A stretch of 64,000 nucleotides of DNA from Winogradskyella sp. (GTDB lineage Bacteria; Fidelibacterota; Marinisomatia; Marinisomatales; AB-629-J13), in NCBI GenBank assembly GCA_964230865.1, contig CAXRJK010000110.1, positions 391-64,390 on the forward strand, written 5' to 3'. Each line of letters starts with the position of its first letter. Within the stretch, counting starts at the first letter, position 1. The notes below the pieces were generated by a model that did no database searches, was not told where the DNA came from, and was given only the letters and a program-made list of their open reading frames with translations. Position numbers and translations under genes: made by a program. Of the stretch, positions 28,822-37,518 are shown piece by piece.

Positions 28822-28832
28822 AATTTTCAGCT

Positions 28833-30179
28833 ATGATTTTAGAGAGTATTTCCGGCGTAAGAGGTCTCACATCCTCATCATTCACTCCAGACGCTGTACG
28901 GAAATACGCAGCTGCGTTTCACCAATACTGTGAATCCGGAGCTCTGTTTGTTGGGAGAGATTCCCGGTCAACCGGAGACACGCTACAAGACGTTGTGATT
29001 GAAGAGTTGTCTTCATTTGGTAGGGATGTATTTGTCTGCGACATCGTTCCAACGCCGACCGTTCAATTTATGGTAGAACATACTGAAGCAGTAGGCGGAA
29101 TAGTTATTACAGCAAGCCATAATCCTTCAGAGTGGAACGGACTGAAGTTTATTAGGTCTGATGGTGTTTTTCTTTTTCCAGAAGATTGTGATACATTATT
29201 TCGGACAGCTAAATCCAATAGCCAACCTACAAAAGAAACAGGCTCTTTCGGTATGATACTTCGAGAGCCTAACGCTATACAGAAGCATATTATTCATCAG
29301 ACATGCCTCAGCTGTATCAATCTAAATTCTATTAGAGAAAAAAATTTTAAAGTTGTAATTGATGCCTGTAATGGCGCTGGATCTGACGCACTTCCGGAGA
29401 TGTTAGATGCCTTAGGATGTGAAGTGACCCCAATTAATTGTGATACAAAAAAGGATTTTCCCAGAGGGACAGAACCATTACCGGAAAACCTTGAATCTCT
29501 TTGTAGTGCAGTTTTAGAGAATAGAGCTGATATTGGTTTTGCGACTGATCCTGACGCCGACCGATTGGCGATTGTGTCAGAGAAAGGAATCCCACTTGGA
29601 GAAGAGTACACGCTAGTTTTATCAGCGGAAGGATTTTTAAGATCTGTGGAGTGGGGATGTGAAACCTTTGTGGTAAATCTTTCAACATCGCTTGCTTTGG
29701 AAAAGCTGGCAGAAAAGTATAGATCAAAAGTTGTTTATACCCCTGTTGGAGAGGTAAATGTAGTTCAAAAAATGCTTTCAACTAAGGCAAAGCTGGGAGG
29801 TGAAGGAAATGGAGGGGTCATTTTAAAAGAAAGTCACCTAGGAAGGGATTCTCTAACTGGGGTTACCATGGTTTTAAATAGGTTAGCCCAAACAGAAAAA
29901 CCTTTGAGTTCAGTTTTTCAATCACTTCCTCAGTTTGTTATCAAAAAAGATAAAGTTGAATTGAAGGATAGTGACATGAATGTTTTAGTAGAAAAATTAA
30001 AAAAACAGTTTCACGGTTGCAGAATTAATGAGTCAGATGGTATTAAATTCACATGGGATAATTCGTGGGTTCATTTTCGAAAATCAAATACAGAACCTAT
30101 TTTAAGAATATATTCGGAAGCAGAAAATGAGCCTGAAGCAAATCAACTTATTAACACCGCAAAAGAAATAATAATGTAA
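28833..30179 (+). CDS. Alpha-D-phosphohexomutase family enzyme (PGM/PMM; candidate phosphopentomutase by context)
   Basis: Active-site serine loop TASHNPSEWNGLKF, metal loop FATDPDADR, and sugar loop GGEGNGG. The gene ends 1 nt before deoC. Confidence 0.85.
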   Translation: MILESISGVRGLTSSSFTPDAVRKYAAAFHQYCESGALFVGRDSRSTGDTLQDVVIEELSSFGRDVFVCDIVPTPTVQFMVEHTEAVGGIVITASHNPSEWNGLKFIRSDGVFLFPEDCDTLFRTAKSNSQPTKETGSFGMILREPNAIQKHIIHQTCLSCINLNSIREKNFKVVIDACNGAGSDALPEMLDALGCEVTPINCDTKKDFPRGTEPLPENLESLCSAVLENRADIGFATDPDADRLAIVSEKGIPLGEEYTLVLSAEGFLRSVEWGCETFVVNLSTSLALEKLAEKYRSKVVYTPVGEVNVVQKMLSTKAKLGGEGNGGVILKESHLGRDSLTGVTMVLNRLAQTEKPLSSVFQSLPQFVIKKDKVELKDSDMNVLVEKLKKQFHGCRINESDGIKFTWDNSWVHFRKSNTEPILRIYSEAENEPEANQLINTAKEIIM

Positions 30180-31079
30180 ATGCCAATCGTTTCAAATAAA
30201 TTCAACCAAAGAGTAGATCAGATTGGCTCTAGTGAAAGAGTTAAGAGATTGTTTTCAAGGAGTATAAAAAAAGAATCAAAATTTAAAGCGCTTCACTTAA
30301 TTTTATCCATGATTGATCTGACAACGCTTGAGGGAAAGGACTCTCCTGGTAAGGTTCGTCAAATGTGTTATAAGGCTGCACATCTTCATGATGATTTTCC
30401 TAATCTCCCTTGTGTAGCCGCGGTGTGTGTATATCCAAATCTAGTGAAGGTAGCTAAAGATGCCCTTGTAGGAACGGGAATTAAAATAGCTTCAGTCGCT
30501 ACGGGCTTTCCCAGCGGTATGGCTACAACAAAAGAAAAAATTATAGAAGTAAGAAAGGTTGTAAAAGAAGGTGCTGACGAAGTGGATATGGTAATATCTA
30601 GGGGGGAATTTTTACGGGGGAATTTAGATTTTGTTTCTGAAGAGATAAGCGCTGTAAAAGAGGCATGCGGTGGTGCACATTTAAAGGTTATTTTAGAAAC
30701 AGGAGAGCTTGAGAGTCTGGATAATATTAGAGAGGCAAGCTTTTTAGCGATGGAGTCTGGTGCAGATTTTATAAAGACAAGTACTGGAAAAATTGCACCT
30801 GCCGCTGAGCCCACAGCTGTTTTAACAATGCTGGAGGCAATTAGGGATTATTTTAATAAAACTGGGAAACGAGTTGGAATGAAACCAGCTGGAGGCATAA
30901 GTACCGCAAAACAGGGGATTCAATACTTGGTAATGGTTAGGGAAACCTTGGGCCATCATTGGCTCACTCCTGATTTATTTCGATTTGGCGCAAGCTCTCT
31001 TGCAAATGATGTGCTTATGCAAATTGTAAAACAATCAAAAGGTATATATCAATCGCCCTATTATTTTTCAGTGGATTAA
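30180..31079 (+). CDS. deoC: Deoxyribose-phosphate aldolase (long, DERA-like form)
   Basis: Class I aldolase with the Schiff-base lysine block DFIKTSTGK, plus DMVI and the GMKPAGGI phosphate-binding end. Length is 299 aa. Confidence 0.9.
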   Translation: MPIVSNKFNQRVDQIGSSERVKRLFSRSIKKESKFKALHLILSMIDLTTLEGKDSPGKVRQMCYKAAHLHDDFPNLPCVAAVCVYPNLVKVAKDALVGTGIKIASVATGFPSGMATTKEKIIEVRKVVKEGADEVDMVISRGEFLRGNLDFVSEEISAVKEACGGAHLKVILETGELESLDNIREASFLAMESGADFIKTSTGKIAPAAEPTAVLTMLEAIRDYFNKTGKRVGMKPAGGISTAKQGIQYLVMVRETLGHHWLTPDLFRFGASSLANDVLMQIVKQSKGIYQSPYYFSVD

Positions 31080-31094
31080 CATATTAATAATAAA

Positions 31095-32561
31095 GTGAAT
31101 AAATTACTGAAAGACCAATCGAAAGAGCGCTGGGAATATTCACCAGCGCTTGAAAGCACAGACCATATTCAATTAAAAGAGAAATATGACCTGTTTATAA
31201 ATGGTGAATTTTGTCCGTCTGAATCCGAGAAATATTTTGAAACTATAAACCCTGCGAACGAGAAAGTAATTGCTCAAGTTGCATATGCGTCAAATAAAGA
31301 TGTGATAAGGGCGGTAAGCTCTGCAAAAAACAGTTATAACAAATATTGGTCTAAACTAAAACCGTCAGAAAGAGGAAAATATATTTTCAGGATTGCCCGG
31401 TTGATAGCAGATAGAGCCAGAGAGTTTGCTGTTATCGAAACTATAGATGGCGGAAAGCCTATCCGGGAATCAAAACAGGTGGATGTTCCGCTTGCAGCAG
31501 CTCATTTTTTTTATTATGCAGGTTGGTCCGATAAGCTTCAGTTTGCCTTTCATGGTAAAACGCATAACCCTTTGGGTGTAGCAGGACAAATCATTCCTTG
31601 GAATTTTCCTCTTCTCATGGCTGCCTGGAAAATTGCTCCTGCGTTAGCTGCTGGAAACACAGTTGTTTTAAAACCAGCAGAAACAACCCCATTGACCGCA
31701 ATGAAATTAGCAGAAGTAATTCAGGAAGCAGACCTACCACCTGGAACTGTAAATATAATTCCAGGCGATGGTGAGACCGGAAAAAATCTGGTCCAAAATC
31801 CAGAAATAAATAAGATCGCATTTACCGGGTCTACAGAAATAGGAAAATTTATTCAAAGCTCATTAGCTGGGTCCTCAGTGAAATATACTCTTGAGCTAGG
31901 GGGAAAGGCTGCTAATATTATTTTTAGGGATGCACCAATTGATCAATCAGTGGAAGGTATTGTTAACAGTATTTTTTTTAATCAGGGACATGTTTGTTGC
32001 GCAGGGAGCAGGCTTTTTATTCAGGAGGGAATAGAAGGAGAGATTATTGATAAATTAAAATATCGAATGGAATCGCTGATTTTGGGAGATCCTCTGGATA
32101 AAAATACAGATATTGGTGCAATCAATTCAAAAGCCCAGCTTGAAAGGATAGATCATTATGTGAGAATAGGACAAGAAGAGGGAGGAAAAATTTTTCAGTC
32201 ATCATGCTCAATTCCTGACAAAGGATATTGGTTCCCGCCCACCTTATTTACAGAGGTATCTCAGTCTCATAAGATAGTTCAGAAAGAAATATTTGGCCCT
32301 GTTTTAGCTATACAAACTTTTCGAACTCCTAAGGAAGTTATAAATAAGGCAAACAATACTCCGTATGGACTCTCTGGTGGGATTTGGACTGATAAGGGTT
32401 CTAAAATATTCAAGATTTCAAAGGAAATTCAAGCAGGAGTTGTATGGGCAAATACATTTAATAAGTTTGACCCCTCATCTCCGTTTGGAGGGTATAAGGA
32501 AAGTGGAATAGGTAGAGAAGGAGGACTGCAAGGTCTTTTACCATATGTGAGCTTGGATTAA
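31095..32561 (+). CDS. NAD(P)-dependent aldehyde dehydrogenase
   Basis: All ALDH motifs are intact: PWNFPL, FTGSTEIG, catalytic Glu in LELGGKA, and catalytic Cys in FFNQGHVCCAGSR. GTG start. Confidence 0.9.
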   Translation: MNKLLKDQSKERWEYSPALESTDHIQLKEKYDLFINGEFCPSESEKYFETINPANEKVIAQVAYASNKDVIRAVSSAKNSYNKYWSKLKPSERGKYIFRIARLIADRAREFAVIETIDGGKPIRESKQVDVPLAAAHFFYYAGWSDKLQFAFHGKTHNPLGVAGQIIPWNFPLLMAAWKIAPALAAGNTVVLKPAETTPLTAMKLAEVIQEADLPPGTVNIIPGDGETGKNLVQNPEINKIAFTGSTEIGKFIQSSLAGSSVKYTLELGGKAANIIFRDAPIDQSVEGIVNSIFFNQGHVCCAGSRLFIQEGIEGEIIDKLKYRMESLILGDPLDKNTDIGAINSKAQLERIDHYVRIGQEEGGKIFQSSCSIPDKGYWFPPTLFTEVSQSHKIVQKEIFGPVLAIQTFRTPKEVINKANNTPYGLSGGIWTDKGSKIFKISKEIQAGVVWANTFNKFDPSSPFGGYKESGIGREGGLQGLLPYVSLD

Positions 32562-32564
32562 TGG

Positions 32565-33428
32565 ATGGCTAATCAAATTAATATTAAGAAAACACGCAAA
32601 CTGTATATCAATGGAAAATTCCCCCGATCGGAATCTGAACGGTATATTGCGTGGATATCATCAGACAATAGTGAGACAATTAATATTGCACGAGCATCAA
32701 GAAAAGATTTTAGAGACTCTGTTAGGTGTGCGAGGGGTGCTCTAACCAATTGGAAAAATAAAACAGCTTATAATAGGGGCCAAATAATATATAGGATGGC
32801 AGAAATGATGGAAAGCAGGAAAGAACAGCTTATTAGAGAGCTGATCTTGGGAGGAGCTGTGAAAAACATAGCCAAATCTGAAGTTGAAACTACAATTGAT
32901 TATCTGGTTTATTATGCGGGATGGGCGGATAAGTATCAGCAGATTTTTAGCTGTGTGAACCCGGTGGCTCAACCTTTCTTCAGCTTTACAGTCCCTGAGC
33001 CAACAGGGGTTGTCTCCGTTCTATGTCCAAACCAACTTCACCTCAAATATACTGTGTCTGTGCTCTCTTCCATTATTTTATCTGGCAACACAGCTGTACT
33101 TCTTTATTCTGAAGACAACCCACTTCCAGCCTTAACATTGGCAGAAATTATTCATACTTCAGATGTCCCTCCGGGGGTTATAAATATTTTGACAGGGAAG
33201 CGGGAAGAGCTACTGGAACAGTTTGCTTCTCATATGGATGTAAATGCAGTTATTTATTGCGGCGAAAATCAGGAGGAAATAAAAACTATTCAAAAGTTCT
33301 CTTCAGTCAATGTAAAACGTTGCCATATTTTAAAGGATAGGAATTTAGAAAACACCCTGAACGATGGACCCTACACAATTCTAAGGACGGTGGAGATGAA
33401 AACAACGTGGCACCCCGTTGGGATATAA
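32565..33428 (+). CDS. Truncated, degenerate ALDH-like protein (cofactor-domain only; no catalytic domain)
   Basis: It aligns by eye to the first ~270 aa of the upstream ALDH (LYINGKF, YYAGWADK, SGNTAVLL, PPGVINILTG). However, PWNFP is replaced by PNQLH, GSTEIG by GENQEE and ELGG by ILKD. The protein stops at 287 aa, 7 nt before the next gene. Confidence 0.7.
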   Translation: MANQINIKKTRKLYINGKFPRSESERYIAWISSDNSETINIARASRKDFRDSVRCARGALTNWKNKTAYNRGQIIYRMAEMMESRKEQLIRELILGGAVKNIAKSEVETTIDYLVYYAGWADKYQQIFSCVNPVAQPFFSFTVPEPTGVVSVLCPNQLHLKYTVSVLSSIILSGNTAVLLYSEDNPLPALTLAEIIHTSDVPPGVINILTGKREELLEQFASHMDVNAVIYCGENQEEIKTIQKFSSVNVKRCHILKDRNLENTLNDGPYTILRTVEMKTTWHPVGI

Positions 33429-33435
33429 TAAGAGT

Positions 33436-34821
33436 ATGGTAAAAAAAGGGGAAATTCTTAATCTAGATATTGACTCTCTGGCCTATGGCGGAAGAGGTGT
33501 TGCACGTCACGGTCAATTTGTTGTTTTTGTTGACAAAGCTTTGCCCTCTCAAAAAGTTAACGCTCTGATCTATAAAACCCGAAAAGGGTATGGTGAAGCA
33601 AGAATCCTTGATGTTTTATCGGAATCTAATGGGAGAGTAGAGCCAGTGTGTGAACATTTTTCATATTGTGGAGGCTGTTCCCACCAGCACTTAGAGTATT
33701 CGGAGCAGCTCACCCAGAAAAAAAATCAGGTTAAGGATATTTTCATGAGACAGGCTGGAATAAATAATTTAGAAATCACTTCAATGATTCCTTCTGAGAG
33801 TGCCTATCATTACCGAAACAAAATGGAATTTACATTTTCTAGCAGAAGGTGGAGATTGCCTGATGAACCCCTCCAAAAACCAGCGGACTATGCTCTAGGA
33901 CTTCATATTCCAAAACGGTGGGATAAGATACTGGATATAAATAATTGCCATATACAGCAGATGAAGGGAAATGATATACTTAATTTTGTGAGAGAGGAGT
34001 CCAAAAAGCTTAATATCAAACCCTACAACCAAAAAACACATATAGGATTTTTAAGACATCTTGTGCTTCGTTTTGGAATAAACACTGGCGATATCATGGT
34101 TAATATTGTTACCTCTTATGAAGATACCGAATTGTTGACTCCATTGGTTAAAATACTTGTTTCAAAATTTCCTGAAATAAATTCCGTTGTCAATAACATT
34201 AATACCAAAAAGGCAGATACTGCATATGGAGAGTGGGAGAATACCCTTAGTGGACAATCTTACATTGAAGAAAAAATAGGTGATTTGACTTTTGAAATAT
34301 CTTCAAATTCTTTTTTTCAAACAAACACTTTACAAGCTGAAAATCTTTATGAAACTATTCTAAGTGGCGCAGACCTTTCCGGTACAGAAACTGTTTTTGA
34401 TTTTTATTCAGGCACTGGAACCATTGCTCTATATTTAGCAAGACATGCACGGGAAGTAATTGGATTTGAGGCCGTTGATACAGCAGTAGAAGATGCTCTT
34501 AGAAATTCGGTTATAAATGGAGTTGGGAATGTTAGGTTTATCCGAAAGAATTTGGAAAAAAGAATTCAAGATTCCACTCTTCCTGCCCCCGACGTGATCG
34601 TTGTTGATCCTCCCCGGGCGGGGCTAGTCGGAAAGGCTATAGATAGCATACTATCGTATCAAGCAAAAAAAATAATTTATGTGTCTTGTAATCCGTCCAC
34701 TCAGGCTAGAGATACTGTTTCAATATTAGATAAAGGCTACGCTTTGAAATCAATGACACTGATTGATATGTTTCCTCACACACCTCATATTGAGACAGTG
34801 GCAGTTTTTGAGGGGGAATAA
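33436..34821 (+). CDS. rlmD: 23S rRNA (uracil-5)-methyltransferase RlmD/RumA family (TRAM + Fe-S + SAM MTase)
   Basis: TRAM domain (GRGVARHGQFVVFVDKALP), Fe-S cysteines (C..HFSYCGGC), SAM motif DFYSGTGT, DPPRAG, and the nucleophile region YVSCNP. ATG 33436 is preferred over TTG 33418. Confidence 0.85.
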   Translation: MVKKGEILNLDIDSLAYGGRGVARHGQFVVFVDKALPSQKVNALIYKTRKGYGEARILDVLSESNGRVEPVCEHFSYCGGCSHQHLEYSEQLTQKKNQVKDIFMRQAGINNLEITSMIPSESAYHYRNKMEFTFSSRRWRLPDEPLQKPADYALGLHIPKRWDKILDINNCHIQQMKGNDILNFVREESKKLNIKPYNQKTHIGFLRHLVLRFGINTGDIMVNIVTSYEDTELLTPLVKILVSKFPEINSVVNNINTKKADTAYGEWENTLSGQSYIEEKIGDLTFEISSNSFFQTNTLQAENLYETILSGADLSGTETVFDFYSGTGTIALYLARHAREVIGFEAVDTAVEDALRNSVINGVGNVRFIRKNLEKRIQDSTLPAPDVIVVDPPRAGLVGKAIDSILSYQAKKIIYVSCNPSTQARDTVSILDKGYALKSMTLIDMFPHTPHIETVAVFEGE

Positions 34822-34878
34822 CCATCTACCTTATTCTAAGTAAAAATTTGAATGTATATTAGTTGAATTACCTACCAA

Positions 34879-37518
34879 ATGGAAAACCTAAAAAAAATAT
34901 TTTCACCAGAGTTAATCGAGAAACAATGGTATAGCTATTGGCTTAAAAAGGGATATTTCAGGGCGTCTTCTGACTCTGAAAAATCTCCTTATACCATCGT
35001 GATTCCTCCTCCAAATGTTACTGGAATTTTAACCATGGGACACGTTTTGAACGCTACAATTCAGGATGTCCTCATAAGAAAATCAAGAATGGAAGGGTAT
35101 GAAGCGTGCTGGATCCCCGGGACAGATCATGCATCTATTGCAACAGAAGCAAAAGTAATGACAATGCTTCAGGAAAAAAACATTAAAAAAGAAGACCTAA
35201 CTAGAAATGAATTTTTAAATCACGCATGGGACTGGAAAGAGAAGTATGGTGGAATTATAATTCAACAGTTAAAAAAACTGGGTTGCTCCTGTGACTGGGA
35301 GCGAGAGAGTTTTACAATGGATGCTGAATATTCGAGGGCAGTTTTAGAGGCCTTTGTAAAGTTGTATGAAAAAGGATTGATTTATAGAGGGCATAGACTG
35401 GTGAATTGGTGCCCTGTTTCGCAATCTGCAATAAGTGATGAAGAAGTGATCCATAAGGAAATGCAGGGAAAGTTATGGACAATTCGTTATCCTTTAAATG
35501 GTGAGGATGGAGCAATAGAGGTGGCAACTACGAGGCCAGAGACCATGCTGGGAGATACAGGGGTAGCGGTAAATCCTCAGGATGATAGATATAAAAAATA
35601 CATTGGGAAGACTATAAATCTACCACTAACGAACAGAGTTATTCCTATTGTAGGAGATGAGTTTGTAGATCCAGAATTTGGAACTGGATGTGTTAAAGTT
35701 ACCCCTGGACATGACCCTAATGATTTTGAAATTGGGAAAAGACATAATCTAGATTTTATTAATATTATGAATCCTGATGCATCTCTCAATGAAAACGTAA
35801 TTGATAAATACAGAAATTTATCACGAGAAAAAGCCAGAGAAAAGATACTAGAGGAATTGAATGATAAGGGTTTTTTAGTGAACCAAAAGCCATACATTCA
35901 CAATGTAGGCTTCTCGGAACGAGGTTCAGTACCTATTGAATATTATCTTTCGGAGCAATGGTATCTCAAAATGAAGACATTAGCTGAGCCTGCACTGAAG
36001 GTTGTCGAGGAAGGTGATATAAATTTTCACCCCTCCCATTGGGTAAAAACTTATAACCACTGGATGAAAAACATTAAAGATTGGTGTATAAGCAGACAGT
36101 TGATATGGGGTCACCAAATACCTGTCTGGTATAAAAAAGGGGAAAACTCTAATCTTCCAGAAAACATCCATGTATCAGTGAATGGACCGGATGATCCTGA
36201 AAACTGGGAACAGGATGAAGATGTGTTAGACACATGGGCAAGTTCTTGGATTTGGCCTTTTGGGGTACATGATTGGCCTCAAAAATCAAGAGATCTTGAA
36301 GCATTTTATCCAACAACCGTTTTGGTTACCGGTCCGGATATCATATTTTTTTGGGTTGCAAGAATGATTATGGCAGGAAAAGAATTCATGGGAGAAATTC
36401 CATTTAAAGATGTTTATTTTACGAGTATTTTAAGGGATGAAAAGGGGAGAAAACTTAGTAAATCATTAGGAAACTCTCCTGACCCATTGGATTTGATAGA
36501 TCAGTATGGTGCTGATGCGATTCGCTTTAGTATTTTAATGATTTCTCCACAGGGAATGGATGTTTTATTTTCTCCTGAACGAATGGAGTTGGGAAGAAAT
36601 TTTATGAACAAGCTGTGGAATGCAGCGCGATTCGTGAAAATGAATACCTCCTCTCTTGAAACCATTCCTGAACTGGGTGAAGTTGAACATGAGTTTCAAT
36701 TGCCAGAGAAATGGATAACCAGCAGATTGCATATCACAATTCAAAATGTGAATAGACATATTAATAACTTTCGATTTAATGAAGCTGTAAAAACAATTTA
36801 TGACTTTACTTGGAGTGATTATTGTGATTGGATGATTGAAATTTCTAAAATTTCGCTCTATGGTGATGACTTAAATAGAAAAAAGTGTGTACAGACTGTT
36901 GCAGTTTCAATTTTAAGACAGGTGTTGTGCCTACTCCATCCATTTGCGCCATTTATAACAGAGGAGCTATGGCACCATTTTAAAACTAGTGATGAAGGTG
37001 ATATTATCAAAACCCCTTGGCCAGTGCACGATAAGAATAAAATTGATAGTGATGCAGAGCAAACCATGACGGTTCTACAAGAGGTGATTACATCGGTACG
37101 TTCTATACGTAGCAGCATGGGTGTTTCCCCAGGTAAAAAAGCAGACTTAGTTATTAGAGTGAAGGATGGATTTCTAGCTAAAAACTATGAATATATTATT
37201 AAGTTCCTCGGTGGAATAAGTTCAATCCAATCGGGAGAAAACATTTCAAAACCTCCTAACTCAGCCACCGCGGTTGTAAAAGGGATGGAGCTGTTTATCC
37301 CGCTAGAAGGATTAATCGACGTCAATCTTGAAAAAGAGAGATTAGAGAAGAGAAAACAAGAACTAACAAGACACTATGAATCGGTGCAAAGAACATTGAA
37401 AAATAAAAAGTTTTTAGAAAAAGCACCCCCACCTGTTGTAGAAAACGAGAAAAAAAAATTAGAAGAAATGAATTTAGAATTAGAAAAACTCACATCTAAC
37501 CTGGAGATGCTGAATTGA
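34879..37518 (+). CDS. valS: Valyl-tRNA synthetase
   Basis: HIGH-type motif (PNVTGILTMGHV), KMSKS-type motif (KLSKSLGN), a CP1 editing domain and a C-terminal coiled coil. Length is 879 aa. Confidence 0.95.
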   Translation: MENLKKIFSPELIEKQWYSYWLKKGYFRASSDSEKSPYTIVIPPPNVTGILTMGHVLNATIQDVLIRKSRMEGYEACWIPGTDHASIATEAKVMTMLQEKNIKKEDLTRNEFLNHAWDWKEKYGGIIIQQLKKLGCSCDWERESFTMDAEYSRAVLEAFVKLYEKGLIYRGHRLVNWCPVSQSAISDEEVIHKEMQGKLWTIRYPLNGEDGAIEVATTRPETMLGDTGVAVNPQDDRYKKYIGKTINLPLTNRVIPIVGDEFVDPEFGTGCVKVTPGHDPNDFEIGKRHNLDFINIMNPDASLNENVIDKYRNLSREKAREKILEELNDKGFLVNQKPYIHNVGFSERGSVPIEYYLSEQWYLKMKTLAEPALKVVEEGDINFHPSHWVKTYNHWMKNIKDWCISRQLIWGHQIPVWYKKGENSNLPENIHVSVNGPDDPENWEQDEDVLDTWASSWIWPFGVHDWPQKSRDLEAFYPTTVLVTGPDIIFFWVARMIMAGKEFMGEIPFKDVYFTSILRDEKGRKLSKSLGNSPDPLDLIDQYGADAIRFSILMISPQGMDVLFSPERMELGRNFMNKLWNAARFVKMNTSSLETIPELGEVEHEFQLPEKWITSRLHITIQNVNRHINNFRFNEAVKTIYDFTWSDYCDWMIEISKISLYGDDLNRKKCVQTVAVSILRQVLCLLHPFAPFITEELWHHFKTSDEGDIIKTPWPVHDKNKIDSDAEQTMTVLQEVITSVRSIRSSMGVSPGKKADLVIRVKDGFLAKNYEYIIKFLGGISSIQSGENISKPPNSATAVVKGMELFIPLEGLIDVNLEKERLEKRKQELTRHYESVQRTLKNKKFLEKAPPPVVENEKKKLEEMNLELEKLTSNLEMLN

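Noticed and set aside
28833-30179. Calling the phosphohexomutase-family gene glmM.
   Set aside because: The active-site loop TASHNPSEWNG is PMM/PGM-like rather than the GlmM-type SASHNP..DNGIK. Its context (1 nt from deoC) argues for pentose-phosphate chemistry. I left it as a family-level call.
19181-30814. Other antisense ORFs over 100 aa (19181..19627, 29297..29611, 29434..29781, 30386..30814), plus many 60-110-aa ones throughout the track.
   Set aside because: Each lies inside a confidently identified gene on the opposite strand (EnvC-like, phosphohexomutase, deoC). They have no recognisable motifs and their composition is typical of reverse-frame translation.
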